Program-made: the position numbers and the translations under genes
The notes under the pieces: model-generated
Database searches by the model: none
Told to the model about the DNA's origin: nothing
What the model saw: the letters and a program-made list of their open reading frames with translations, nothing else
Shown: one piece after another, positions 26,876 through 35,987 of the stretch
Layout of the letters: each line of letters opens with the position of its first letter
How positions within the stretch are numbered: the first letter of the stretch is position 1
Source of the DNA: Anaerolineae bacterium
Lineage (GTDB): Bacteria > Chloroflexota > Anaerolineae > DRVO01
Direction of reading: 5' to 3'
Assembly (NCBI GenBank): GCA_050945695.1
Contig: JBMNTK010000002.1
Coordinates: 3,395-67,394 of the forward strand
DNA: 64,000 nt

Positions 26876-27649
26876 TCACGCCTCCCGCGTCAGGTCGAAC
26901 CCCTTGATCTGCCGGATGATCCGCACGCACTCGCGCACCGTCACTTCCACGATCCTGGCCCCCTTCTCCGGCGTGGCCAGGTGGGGCCTGCCCACGTACC
27001 CCTTGGGCACCTGGAGGATCCAGTCCACCTTGTACTGCACCTCGGGGATGGACTTCTCGAAGTAGGGCCCCTCCCCCTCGGGCAGAGGCTCCAGCCGGTC
27101 CAGGTGCACCAGCTCCGGCCGGAAGTAGGCCACATTAGACGTCTCGCCCTCGCCCCCGTGCCCCTCCCGCACCGGTGACTCCATGGCATCAGCCGCCAGG
27201 GGGCGGAACTGGCCGATGTTGAGGGCAAAGACGCTGTAGTCCTCCACCCGCTCGTGCTTGAGGGTGTGCAGCAGGAAGTCGAAGCCGGCGTTCACGCCCC
27301 CGTGAGCGACCAGCAGGACGATCTTCCTGAACCCGTTGCGGGCCGCCTCCGAGCACAGCTCGCGCAGGATGTTCACCACCAGGGCCGGTGACATGGCGAT
27401 GGTGCCGGGATAGGCCTTCATCTGGTCATTCATGTTCAGGTACAGCGTGGGCAGGATGATCACCGGCTCCTGCTCGGCGATGAGCTCCGCTGCTCCCTCG
27501 GCCCGGATAGCATCGGTGCCGGTGGGCAGGTGCGGCCCGTGCATCTCCACGCAGCCCATGGGCAGGACGGCCACATCCGTCTCCTGGGCCAGCTCAGCCA
27601 CCTCTGGCCCGGGCATCTCGTGCCACTTGTAGGTGCGACGCTTGGTCAC
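26876..27649 (-). CDS. Creatininase-family amidohydrolase
   Basis: 'VAVLPMGCVEMHGPHLPTGTD' is the creatinine amidohydrolase / MftE-family signature. Confidence 0.8.
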   Translation of the reverse strand: MTKRRTYKWHEMPGPEVAELAQETDVAVLPMGCVEMHGPHLPTGTDAIRAEGAAELIAEQEPVIILPTLYLNMNDQMKAYPGTIAMSPALVVNILRELCSEAARNGFRKIVLLVAHGGVNAGFDFLLHTLKHERVEDYSVFALNIGQFRPLAADAMESPVREGHGGEGETSNVAYFRPELVHLDRLEPLPEGEGPYFEKSIPEVQYKVDWILQVPKGYVGRPHLATPEKGARIVEVTVRECVRIIRQIKGFDLTREA

Positions 27650-27765
27650 CGATCCGCCTCCTCTGGTGGGTCAAGACGCCTTTGCCTCACGCCACGCCAC
27701 GAGGACGCGGCGCTTCCCTTCCTGTACTCAGCGCCTTTGCGTCTCTGCGTGAGGCTCTCCGTTCT

Positions 27766-28842
27766 CTACGCCGGGTTGAGCACCCCTTCCGATCGAGGCG
27801 CCCTCGCCACGACGGCGGCGATCACCCCAATCAGCAGCAAGTCCAGGACCACCAAGATCGCCAGTTCCGGAGCGACGGTAGCGAAGGTGCCGCCCTCCTG
27901 GGTGATCTCGATCAGCGGCCCGATCATGTAGTAGGTGGGGAAGACACGGCCGATCCACTGGGGGATCTCCGGGAACAGGTATACGATCACCGGCGCATAC
28001 AGGAGTAGGCCGGTCCCCTTGATCACGGTGAACAGGGTGTTGATGTCTTTGACGAAGGCGCCGAGCAGGATGCCGACGGCGGCGGCCATGATCGCTCCCA
28101 GCACCAGGGTGACAAATAGGAGCAAGGGCTCGCCGCCCCACGCCCGATTCAGGACGAGGGTGACGGAGACCATGACGATGCTGAGGATCACCCCCAGCAG
28201 CCCCTTGGCCAGGAACACCTCACCAAGCGAAGCCGGCGTGGTGGTAAGCGCCCGAAGGGTCCGCTTCTGCTTCTCTTCCACCAACAGGGCTGCCGGCACC
28301 ACGCCTCCCCCCAGAAACATTGCCATCATCAAGATGAAGGGCAGCAACCGACTCTCCCAGGGTACCGTTGCCCCCTCGCCCAGCGTGGTGGAGACGATCT
28401 CCACCGGCGCCTCTTGACCGGCCAGCTCTCGGATCAGCGTCGCTAGTGTCGAGCCCGTCACGGCCCGGTTACGGAGCGTGCTCTCGCCCCACAGGTAAGC
28501 GGTAAGGGTGGCGGTGTCACCACGCCTGATCTGCTCATCGAAGTCGGCCGGGAGGACGATGCCCATGTCTACCGCCCCAGCGGCGGTGGCTGACCGAAGC
28601 TCGGCGGCGGAAGCGTAGACCTTCACGTCCAGCGACTCCAGGGCCCGAGCCCGGGTCACCAGCTCCGAAGCCCCCTCGTCAGCCAGGCCCAGGCGGGCTC
28701 TGCCCGAGAACACCGTGCCGAAGAGCAGCGACACCACGACGGTGAGCACGATCGGCACTACTACTGCGAAGATGAACATGACGTTGCGCCATCCCTGGCT
28801 GATCTCCTTGCCCAGGAGCACGCCGATTCGCCGCAAGCTCAT
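27766..28842 (-). CDS. ABC-2 family exporter permease with extracellular domain
   Basis: N-terminal TM, ~180-aa extracytoplasmic segment, then a 5-TM ABC-2 domain. ATG overlaps the upstream stop (ATGA). Confidence 0.7.
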   Translation of the reverse strand: MSLRRIGVLLGKEISQGWRNVMFIFAVVVPIVLTVVVSLLFGTVFSGRARLGLADEGASELVTRARALESLDVKVYASAAELRSATAAGAVDMGIVLPADFDEQIRRGDTATLTAYLWGESTLRNRAVTGSTLATLIRELAGQEAPVEIVSTTLGEGATVPWESRLLPFILMMAMFLGGGVVPAALLVEEKQKRTLRALTTTPASLGEVFLAKGLLGVILSIVMVSVTLVLNRAWGGEPLLLFVTLVLGAIMAAAVGILLGAFVKDINTLFTVIKGTGLLLYAPVIVYLFPEIPQWIGRVFPTYYMIGPLIEITQEGGTFATVAPELAILVVLDLLLIGVIAAVVARAPRSEGVLNPA

Positions 28843-29900
28843 GCGAACCTCCTTCGCAGCGTCACCATGCCCAGCCCGACAAAGACGGCGGCGGATGCCG
28901 CTAGCAGGGCCAGCGATGATCCCACTTCCGCCCAGCCGGCACCGAAGTTCACCACCCGGTGCACCGTGTCCACCAGGTAGTGCGACGGCAGCAGGCGAAT
29001 CCATCCGGACACCAATCCGGGCAGGAGCACCGACAGGCCCGGGATGGCCAGCAGCACGATTGCCAGTATGCCCCACCCAACCACCGACATGAAGTCACGG
29101 GCTACCGATGCTATCAGGAACGCCAGCCCGGTCACCATCACCGACCCGATGAGCAGGGTGAGCAGAATCAGGAGCGGTTGCCGCATGAGGCCACCGGTAA
29201 TCGCCATCAGCAGTGCCGCTTGGGCGAAGGCTAGGCCGGTGCCGGTGATCAGCTTGCCCAGGAAGAGGCCAGGCACAGTCAACGGCGTGACCAGCAGGGC
29301 CCGTAAGGTGCCCGACTCCACTTCGCTGCTGATCAGGCTGGCCATCCCTAGGGTCTCCATCATGAGCACGAACACAGCCAGCAGAGGCAGCATCCGGTCG
29401 CGCGGTGGGATCTGCTGGCCCGCCAGGTCCGGCCCGAGCACTTCTTCCTGCGTTTCGATGTTGAGTGGTTCGCCACCGATGAGGAAGGCCAGTTCCCGCA
29501 CGAACATGACGTAGACGTCCTGGAACTCGGGGGGAAGGTCGCCGGTGAAGTAGAGCTGCACTGTGGGCCTCTGGCCGGCCGAGATCTGCTCTGTCATGTC
29601 GGGAGGCAACACCACGCCCACCTGATACTGGCCCCCTGCAACCGCCGTCCGTAGAGCCTCCTCTGAGGGCTCGCTCTCCAGGACTACCCCTTCCTCAGCC
29701 AGGGCTTCCACCAGCGCCGGGGGCATGACCGGGGCGTAGATGCCCATGGTGAGCTCTTCGTTGATGGTACGCGGCATGAGGAAGTAGGCCGCGATGTAGA
29801 ACACCATCCCCACCACCGTGATCAAGGCGAAGAAACGGTTGCGGAAGTATAGGTTCAGGTCCTTGGCGACGACGATGGCGACGACGCGGCCGTCGCTCAT
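28839..29900 (-). CDS. ABC-2 family exporter permease with extracellular domain
   Basis: Same architecture as its neighbour. Coupled to the ATPase stop. Confidence 0.7.
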   Translation of the reverse strand: MSDGRVVAIVVAKDLNLYFRNRFFALITVVGMVFYIAAYFLMPRTINEELTMGIYAPVMPPALVEALAEEGVVLESEPSEEALRTAVAGGQYQVGVVLPPDMTEQISAGQRPTVQLYFTGDLPPEFQDVYVMFVRELAFLIGGEPLNIETQEEVLGPDLAGQQIPPRDRMLPLLAVFVLMMETLGMASLISSEVESGTLRALLVTPLTVPGLFLGKLITGTGLAFAQAALLMAITGGLMRQPLLILLTLLIGSVMVTGLAFLIASVARDFMSVVGWGILAIVLLAIPGLSVLLPGLVSGWIRLLPSHYLVDTVHRVVNFGAGWAEVGSSLALLAASAAVFVGLGMVTLRRRFA

Positions 29901-30760
29901 GTGAGCCTCCGGCCGGTGATGGCAATGAAGATGTCTTCCAGGGTGGCCTCTTCGGTGTGGACGGTCACCACGCGCTCCTGGCGAAAGAGCGCCTCTACCT
30001 CGGCGGGCGTGTCGGGCCGATCCAGGACGATCTCCCGCACGGCCAATTCTCCATCATCCCGGGCCACCTCCGCCCGCAGGCGCCGCTGTCCGTAGCTCTG
30101 TTTCAGGGCGTGGGGGGTATCCAGGGCCACTATTCTCCCCTGGTTGATGAAGGCCACCCGGTCGGAGAGCCGGTCGGCTTCCATCATGTCGTGGGTGGTC
30201 AGGAACACCGTGGCTCCCCGTTCCCGTTCCTCCAGGATGATGTTGCGGATGGAGGCGGCCGAAGCAGGATCCAGCCCCTCGGTGGGCTCATCCAGGAATA
30301 GGATGCGCGGCCGGTTGACCAGGGCGCGCGCGACCATCAGCCGCTGCTTCATCCCCTTGGAGTAGGTCTCTACCCGATCGGTGCCCCGACTCTCCAACCC
30401 CACCCGGCGCAGCAGGGCGACGGGATCGAAGTCCTGGACCCCGAAGAGCTTGGCAAAGAGGGTGAGGTTGGCAATGCCGGACATCTGCTCGTAAAGGTTG
30501 GTCACCTCGAAGCAGACTCCGATCTGAGCCTGCACCCGCTTAGGGTGTCGCGCCACGTCTTCCCCCAGGAGGGTCGCTCGGCCCTCTTTGGGGCGCAGCT
30601 GCCCGGTGAGCATCTTGACGGTGGTAGATTTGCCTGCGCCGTTGGGGCCTAGGAAGCCGAAGATCTCCCCTTCGGCCACGCTGAAGCTGATGTGATCAAC
30701 GGCGGTGAGGTCACCGTAGCGGTAGGTGAGGTCCTCCGCCAGGATAGCTGGGGCGCCCAT
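29897..30760 (-). CDS. ABC transporter ATP-binding protein
   Basis: Walker A 'GPNGAGKST', signature 'YSKGMKQRL'. ATG at 30760 after GGAGGGACT. Confidence 0.85.
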   Translation of the reverse strand: MGAPAILAEDLTYRYGDLTAVDHISFSVAEGEIFGFLGPNGAGKSTTVKMLTGQLRPKEGRATLLGEDVARHPKRVQAQIGVCFEVTNLYEQMSGIANLTLFAKLFGVQDFDPVALLRRVGLESRGTDRVETYSKGMKQRLMVARALVNRPRILFLDEPTEGLDPASAASIRNIILEERERGATVFLTTHDMMEADRLSDRVAFINQGRIVALDTPHALKQSYGQRRLRAEVARDDGELAVREIVLDRPDTPAEVEALFRQERVVTVHTEEATLEDIFIAITGRRLT

Positions 30761-31031
30761 AGTCCCTCCGATGGTCAGATCGCGAATGACAACAGCGGCA
30801 GAAAGCGATAGACCCCGCAAGCACGTCCAGACGGGCATCACGACACCGACTGGACACACCACGGGGGCCTTCGCTCCTGTTTATACTACCTATCTTATCA
30901 CTTAGCCACTGCCCCCAAAAGCCAAGGAGGTCTGGGGGCCAGCCGTCGCTCCCGCCTTTCGATAGCGCTCCTTGCGAGCGGACCGCATTGGGGCTAGCCT
31001 TTCGGCGCATCTGACCAAGGGGGTAGTGGCG

Positions 31032-32138
31032 ATGTCATCCATGAGGGCAGCCGTTCCTGCGGAGCTGGACCTTTCGGAGGAACGCTTGGAGGTGGCAGGA
31101 CGCGTGCTGGAGCGGGCCGTGGAGCAAGGCACGGCGCCCGGCGTAGCGGCGGCCGTGCTCAGGAACGGCCGACTGGCGCGGCTCTGGGCATTCGGTCGCC
31201 GGTCGCCAGGGGAGGATGCCGCGCCGGTGGAGGCGGACACCATCTTCCTCGTGGCCTCCCTCACCAAGCCCGTGGTCTGTGCCGGGGCGATGCTTTTGGT
31301 GCAGGACGGGATCCTGGCGCTGGACCAGCAGGTGGCGGCCCTGGTGAAGGGGTTTGGCAAGAAGGGCAAGGACCGTATCACCGTGCGCCACCTCTTCACC
31401 CACACCTCCGGCCTGCCCGACCAACTGCCCAACAACGCCGAGCTGCGGCAGCGCCATGCCCCAATCGAGGAGTTCGTGCAGGAGGTCTTCCAGGTCGAGC
31501 CGCTGTTCCCGGCCGGCACCAAGATCAGCTACCAGAGCATGGGCATCCTCATCCTGGCCGAGATCGTCCAGCGCCTCACCGGCCAGCGCCTGCGCGACTT
31601 CCTGCGCGAGCGGCTCTTTGCCCCCCTGGGCATGACCAGCACCACCCTGGGCCTGCCTGACTCAGGCATGGAGCGCACCGCCCTGGTCGGCTCTCCCGAC
31701 GAGCCCCAGTACGGCACCTCCGAGGCCGACTGGGGCTGGAACTCCCCCTACTGGCGTGATTTCGGCGCTCCCTGGGGCGGGCTGCACTCCACCGCCTCCG
31801 ACCTGGCCCGGTTCCTGGCCCACATGCTGGGTGACCTGCCCGGGCCGCTGACCCCGGCGGCGCGGGAGGCGATGGTGCGAGATCAGACCTCCCCCATGCC
31901 GGGCATCTCGCCGGAAGACAAGCTCACCTACCGTTGGGGGCTGGGCTGGGCGCTGGGCCTCAATCAGTTCGGCGACCTGACCTCACCCGACACCTTCGGC
32001 CACATCGGCGCTACCGGCACCGTCTTCTGGGCCGACCCGGCCACGCACCTGGCCTGCGTCCTCCTCACCAACCAACCGGGCAGGAACGACTACCTCTTCC
32101 CCCGCTTCTCGAACGCGGTGGCCAGCACTACAGGGTAA
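31032..32138 (+). CDS. Beta-lactamase-family serine hydrolase
   Basis: SxxK 'ASLTKP' and a YxN-like region. 368 aa. Confidence 0.8.
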   Translation: MSSMRAAVPAELDLSEERLEVAGRVLERAVEQGTAPGVAAAVLRNGRLARLWAFGRRSPGEDAAPVEADTIFLVASLTKPVVCAGAMLLVQDGILALDQQVAALVKGFGKKGKDRITVRHLFTHTSGLPDQLPNNAELRQRHAPIEEFVQEVFQVEPLFPAGTKISYQSMGILILAEIVQRLTGQRLRDFLRERLFAPLGMTSTTLGLPDSGMERTALVGSPDEPQYGTSEADWGWNSPYWRDFGAPWGGLHSTASDLARFLAHMLGDLPGPLTPAAREAMVRDQTSPMPGISPEDKLTYRWGLGWALGLNQFGDLTSPDTFGHIGATGTVFWADPATHLACVLLTNQPGRNDYLFPRFSNAVASTTG

Positions 32139-32140
32139 AG

Positions 32141-32262
32141 GCCACAGAGGCACAGAGACACGGAGACGGATAGGTAAGCAACAGAGTGGCGATGTGGCTT
32201 GAGGTACGTGCGTATGGGGCCTCCATCACTCCCCATCCCCTCCGTGCCTCTGTGTCTCTGTA
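32141..32262. repeat. Long inverted repeat between convergent genes
   Basis: acagaggcacagagacacggag ... ctccgtgcctctgtgtctctgtag, ~22-bp arms separated by ~70 nt. Confidence 0.5.
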
Positions 32263-32263
32263 G

Positions 32264-33178
32264 CTAGACCGGGCGCAGGATCCTCAACAGGTTGTCGCCA
32301 AGGATGGCCTCCCGCTCCTCGCGGGTGAGGTCCAGGCCCTGGATCAGATCCAGGTGAGCGCGGTCTACACCGAAGGTGGTACCGGCGGGGCTGCTGGTGC
32401 AGGGGAAATCGGTGCCGAAGAGCAGTTGGCGCCAGTGTCGGCGGGCGAAGACCTGGGTGTACTCCAGGTCACGGCTTAGGGCCCGCAGACCCGAGCCGGC
32501 GGAGATGTCGGCGTAGAGGTTGGGGCACTCCGCCAGCATCTGGTCAGCGCGGCCCGGCTCCTCCACCGGCCCGGCCGGATAGGCCTGACCCTCGGGCGGA
32601 TTGGCCGCCATGTGCGCCCACCAGGCCGGCCCGTGAGCGATGAAGCGGGTCCCGGGGAAAGCCCGAACCATAGCCTCGAAGGCGTCTATGTCCCGGTTGA
32701 TGTTGTCATCCAGGTGCAAGAGCACCGGCAGCCCGGCCTCGCCACACAGACCGTAGACCTCCTGGACGCGGGGGTCGTCTGCCCGCACGGAGTTGGTCGG
32801 CGGGTTGGGCTTCCACTCCCCAAACCCCCGGCAGCCGGCCTCCACCAGACGCCTTATCTCGTCGGCGTAGGAGATGCCGGGCTGGCGCACATCGAAGACG
32901 CCGAAGGGGATGAACCGGTCCGGGTGCAGGCGTGCCTGCTCCAGGACGGTCTCCGTGGTGACGAAGGGGGGCACCTCGGCGCCCGGCGGCACCGGCAGGG
33001 GCAGGAGCACGGCCATGTCCACCCCGGCCGCGTCCAGATAGGCCAGATTGGCGATGTTGTTGACCGCATCGCGGCAGGAGTCCGCGAAGGCATAGGCGGG
33101 GAAGGGTGGCTTCTCCAGCCGCTCCATGGTCATGCCTATGGCAGCGGCGGTCAGGTGCGTGTGTACGTCTACGATCAT
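32264..33178 (-). CDS. Amidohydrolase-2 family metal-dependent hydrolase
   Basis: 'MIVDVHTHL' N-terminal metal-binding motif. TIM-barrel length. Confidence 0.7.
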   Translation of the reverse strand: MIVDVHTHLTAAAIGMTMERLEKPPFPAYAFADSCRDAVNNIANLAYLDAAGVDMAVLLPLPVPPGAEVPPFVTTETVLEQARLHPDRFIPFGVFDVRQPGISYADEIRRLVEAGCRGFGEWKPNPPTNSVRADDPRVQEVYGLCGEAGLPVLLHLDDNINRDIDAFEAMVRAFPGTRFIAHGPAWWAHMAANPPEGQAYPAGPVEEPGRADQMLAECPNLYADISAGSGLRALSRDLEYTQVFARRHWRQLLFGTDFPCTSSPAGTTFGVDRAHLDLIQGLDLTREEREAILGDNLLRILRPV

Positions 33179-33212
33179 CCTCTACCTCCAACACACCAGG
33201 CCCGCCCTCAGG

Positions 33213-34145
33213 CTAGGCCCTGGTGACGGTATCGAGCCAGAACCGGCTGAACTTATCCCCATCCACTCGGGTCACGACCCGCGTTGGCCGTCCCCCCTCT
33301 TCGATGCGCTCGTGGAGCAGCCCGTCCTCGAGGGTTAGCCTCAGCGGCAACTCGGCAACCTCGACGCCCTCCTCCCAGCCCAGGGCGATGGCAACGGCCA
33401 AAGGGTCGTGCAGGAAGTTGACGATGTCATCCGGCAGGCCTGGGCAGGTTCGCCCGAACCTCTCTGCCATCTGTTCCTCTTGGGCAAACGCCTCTGCCTG
33501 CTTGGCGATCAGCCGGGCCAGCGGCCCTGATCCCCGGAGGCGATCCAGGTCGGCCTGGCGGAGCCACGTCTCCACCGTGACCGACAGGGGGATGAGGGTT
33601 GGGTTCGAGCGCTGGAAGACGAAGAGGGCCGAATCAGGATCTGCCTGCACGTTCCAGTCCATCTCGTTCCCCCACTGAGGGAACCCCGCCCGGGGTGCGT
33701 AGACGTATCCGCCCATCAGGTACAGCTGGGCCTGGCGTAGTATGCCGGGCGAGCGTCTCTCCAGCAGGGCCAGGTTCGTGAACGGACCTACGGCGGCGAT
33801 GATCGCCCCCTGCTCGATGCTGCGCTCCAACAGCGACAGGGCATCGTCCAGCCTGCCGGGGGCGGGGGGCACGGGTTCCGGCCAGTAGGCAGCCTCATCG
33901 GGGAGGCCCGGGTGGAGGCGGTAGCAGCCCAGGGAGACGTCGGCGCCGGCGGCAACGGGGATATCGCCCCGGCCGGCCAGCTCCAGGGCATAGCGGGTAT
34001 AGCCGGCCCTCCGTCCGCCGTCGTCTGAGTTGGTGGTGACGGCGATCAGCTCGGCGCCCGGCCAGCCCAGCACTATGGCCAGGGCGCACAGGTCGTCTAT
34101 GTCGCCCCCAAGGTCGGTATCGAGGTGCAGCTTGAGCGCTGTCAT
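33213..34145 (-). CDS. Inosine-uridine-preferring nucleoside hydrolase family protein
   Basis: 'LHLDTDLGGDIDDLCALA' is the IU-NH aspartate cluster. ATG at 34145. Confidence 0.8.
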   Translation of the reverse strand: MTALKLHLDTDLGGDIDDLCALAIVLGWPGAELIAVTTNSDDGGRRAGYTRYALELAGRGDIPVAAGADVSLGCYRLHPGLPDEAAYWPEPVPPAPGRLDDALSLLERSIEQGAIIAAVGPFTNLALLERRSPGILRQAQLYLMGGYVYAPRAGFPQWGNEMDWNVQADPDSALFVFQRSNPTLIPLSVTVETWLRQADLDRLRGSGPLARLIAKQAEAFAQEEQMAERFGRTCPGLPDDIVNFLHDPLAVAIALGWEEGVEVAELPLRLTLEDGLLHERIEEGGRPTRVVTRVDGDKFSRFWLDTVTRA

Positions 34146-34321
34146 CGTCTCCCGTTGGGGCGCCCGATCCTGCTCTCGGCCAGGCGCCGCCTGTCGAGGA
34201 TAGCCGGTGTCGCCCCGGCAGTCGAGCCCGGCTCCGCCGACTGGCCGCAGAGGCCGGCCAACCTTGGGTGGTCCCAACCCTAAGATCAGCGTGGACAGCG
34301 TTTCACCGAGGCCCATCGGTC

Positions 34322-34352
34322 TTCATAGGAACTTCATATGTTTTTCATAAGA
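34322..34352. promoter_or_regulatory. Three direct TTCATA repeats at ~12-bp spacing upstream of the adaptor gene
   Basis: cTTCATAggaacTTCATAtgtttTTCATAag in an AT-rich stretch 50-80 bp upstream of the start at 34403. Confidence 0.3.
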
Positions 34353-34402
34353 ACCCAACGCCGCCCCACCATACTCACGTCAGCCTCTCTGCCGAGGGCG
34401 CA

Positions 34403-35938
34403 ATGAGACGCAGGAAGAAGAACCGCACCTACATCGTGGCCCTGGGCTTGGTGGCGGTGGCCGCCCTGGCTGTCGGCGCCTGGTACTACCGGGACGGAAA
34501 GACACCCGGTGCCGCCGCCACCGCACCCGCCATGCGCACTGCCCGCGCCCGTTTGGGCGACATGCGCATCTCCCTCACCGGTGCCGGCTCGTTGGTCGCC
34601 GGGGCCGAGATGGACATCGGCTTCGAGACCAGCGGCCGAGTGGCGGAGGTCCTGGTGCAGCTGGGCGATCGGGTAGAGGCAGGCCAGGTCCTGGCTCGGC
34701 TGGATCGGGCGGATGCCGAGGGGCAGGTGACGCAAGCTGAGCTGGCCCTCAGGCTGGCCGAGCTGAAACTGGCCCAACTGGACGAGGGGCCGGATGCCGA
34801 CGAGGTCGCCACCGCTCGGGCTAACCTGGCCACAGCGCAGGAGAACCTGGCCTCCCTGCAGGCGGGCCCCGCCGAGGAGGAGCTGGCCACGGCCCGGGCC
34901 GCTCTGGCCGCCGCCGAGGAGAAGTACCGGGAGTTGCAGGCCGGGCCGTCGCAGGAGAAGGTCCTCGCCGCCCAGGCCAGCCTGGAGAACGCCCGCCTGT
35001 CCCTGCAGCAAGCTCAGATAGACTACGCGGACGCAGCCCAGGACCCGGAGAGAAGCGCCGCTGCCCTCGCCGCCTATGAGAGAGCCCGGCGCGAGTACGA
35101 GGTGGCCCAGGCCAGCTACGACGCTGCCATGGAGGGTGCCAGCGAGTCCGAGCTGCAAAGCGCTCTGGCCCAGGTGACTCAGGCGCGCACCAACCTGGAG
35201 AAGCTCCTCGCCGGCCCGACAGCGGCCGAGATCGCCTCCGCCGAGGCCCAGGTGGCGTCCGCCCAGGCCAAACTGGACGCTCTCCTGGCCGGGCCGACGG
35301 ATCTGGAGAGGGAGAGCGCCGCCCTGGAGGTGGAGAAGGCGCGCTTCAGCCTGGAGCAGGCCAAGCGTCAGCTGGAGGCCACCGAACTCAAGGCGCCCAT
35401 CTCCGGCACCGTCACCGCGCTGGATCTGACCGTCGGGCAGACGGTGGGCACGGGCACCGTCGTCAGCCTGGCCGACCTCGACCACGTCCAGGTGCGCTTC
35501 TACATAGACGAGACCGAGATGAGCCTCCTGGCCCAGGGCCAGGAAGTGCAGGTCACCTTCGATGCCCTTCCCGACCAGCGCTTCACCGGCCAGGTGACCC
35601 GCATAGAGCCAGGCCTGAAGAACGTCTCCGGGGTGCCAGTGGTCACCGCCTGGGCCAGCCTGGAGGTTCCCGAGGACAGCCAAGTCAAGTTCATGGGGGA
35701 CATGAACGCCGCCGTGGAGGTCATCGCCGCCGAGCGTCAGGGAGCCGTGCTGGTGCCCATGGAGGCAGTGCGAGAGATGGGGGCCGGCCAGTACGCCGTG
35801 TTCGTGGTGAGGCCGGACGGCGAGCTGGAGCTGCGCCCGGTTCAGGTGGGCCTGAGCGATAACCTATACTATGAGGTTGTCAGTGGTCTTGAGCCCGGCG
35901 AGGTGGTCAGCACCGGCACAGTGGAGACAGGCCTCTGA
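34403..35938 (+). CDS. HlyD/MacA-family periplasmic adaptor with long coiled coil
   Basis: N-terminal TM, ~200-aa Ala/Glu/Leu-rich coiled coil, C-terminal beta-barrel/lipoyl-like segments ('ISGTVTALDLTVGQTV'). Confidence 0.75.
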   Translation: MRRRKKNRTYIVALGLVAVAALAVGAWYYRDGKTPGAAATAPAMRTARARLGDMRISLTGAGSLVAGAEMDIGFETSGRVAEVLVQLGDRVEAGQVLARLDRADAEGQVTQAELALRLAELKLAQLDEGPDADEVATARANLATAQENLASLQAGPAEEELATARAALAAAEEKYRELQAGPSQEKVLAAQASLENARLSLQQAQIDYADAAQDPERSAAALAAYERARREYEVAQASYDAAMEGASESELQSALAQVTQARTNLEKLLAGPTAAEIASAEAQVASAQAKLDALLAGPTDLERESAALEVEKARFSLEQAKRQLEATELKAPISGTVTALDLTVGQTVGTGTVVSLADLDHVQVRFYIDETEMSLLAQGQEVQVTFDALPDQRFTGQVTRIEPGLKNVSGVPVVTAWASLEVPEDSQVKFMGDMNAAVEVIAAERQGAVLVPMEAVREMGAGQYAVFVVRPDGELELRPVQVGLSDNLYYEVVSGLEPGEVVSTGTVETGL

Positions 35939-35987
35939 TCCCCTTGCCGATGCACAGGCCAACACCTTGGAGTGAGGAGAACAACGC

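Noticed and set aside
34334-34402. 22-codon ORF (MFFIRTQRRPTILTSASLPRAQ) in the leader of the adaptor gene
   Set aside because: No RBS. The sequence overlaps the TTCATA repeats. No leader-peptide or RiPP-precursor features, though a leader-peptide role cannot be excluded.
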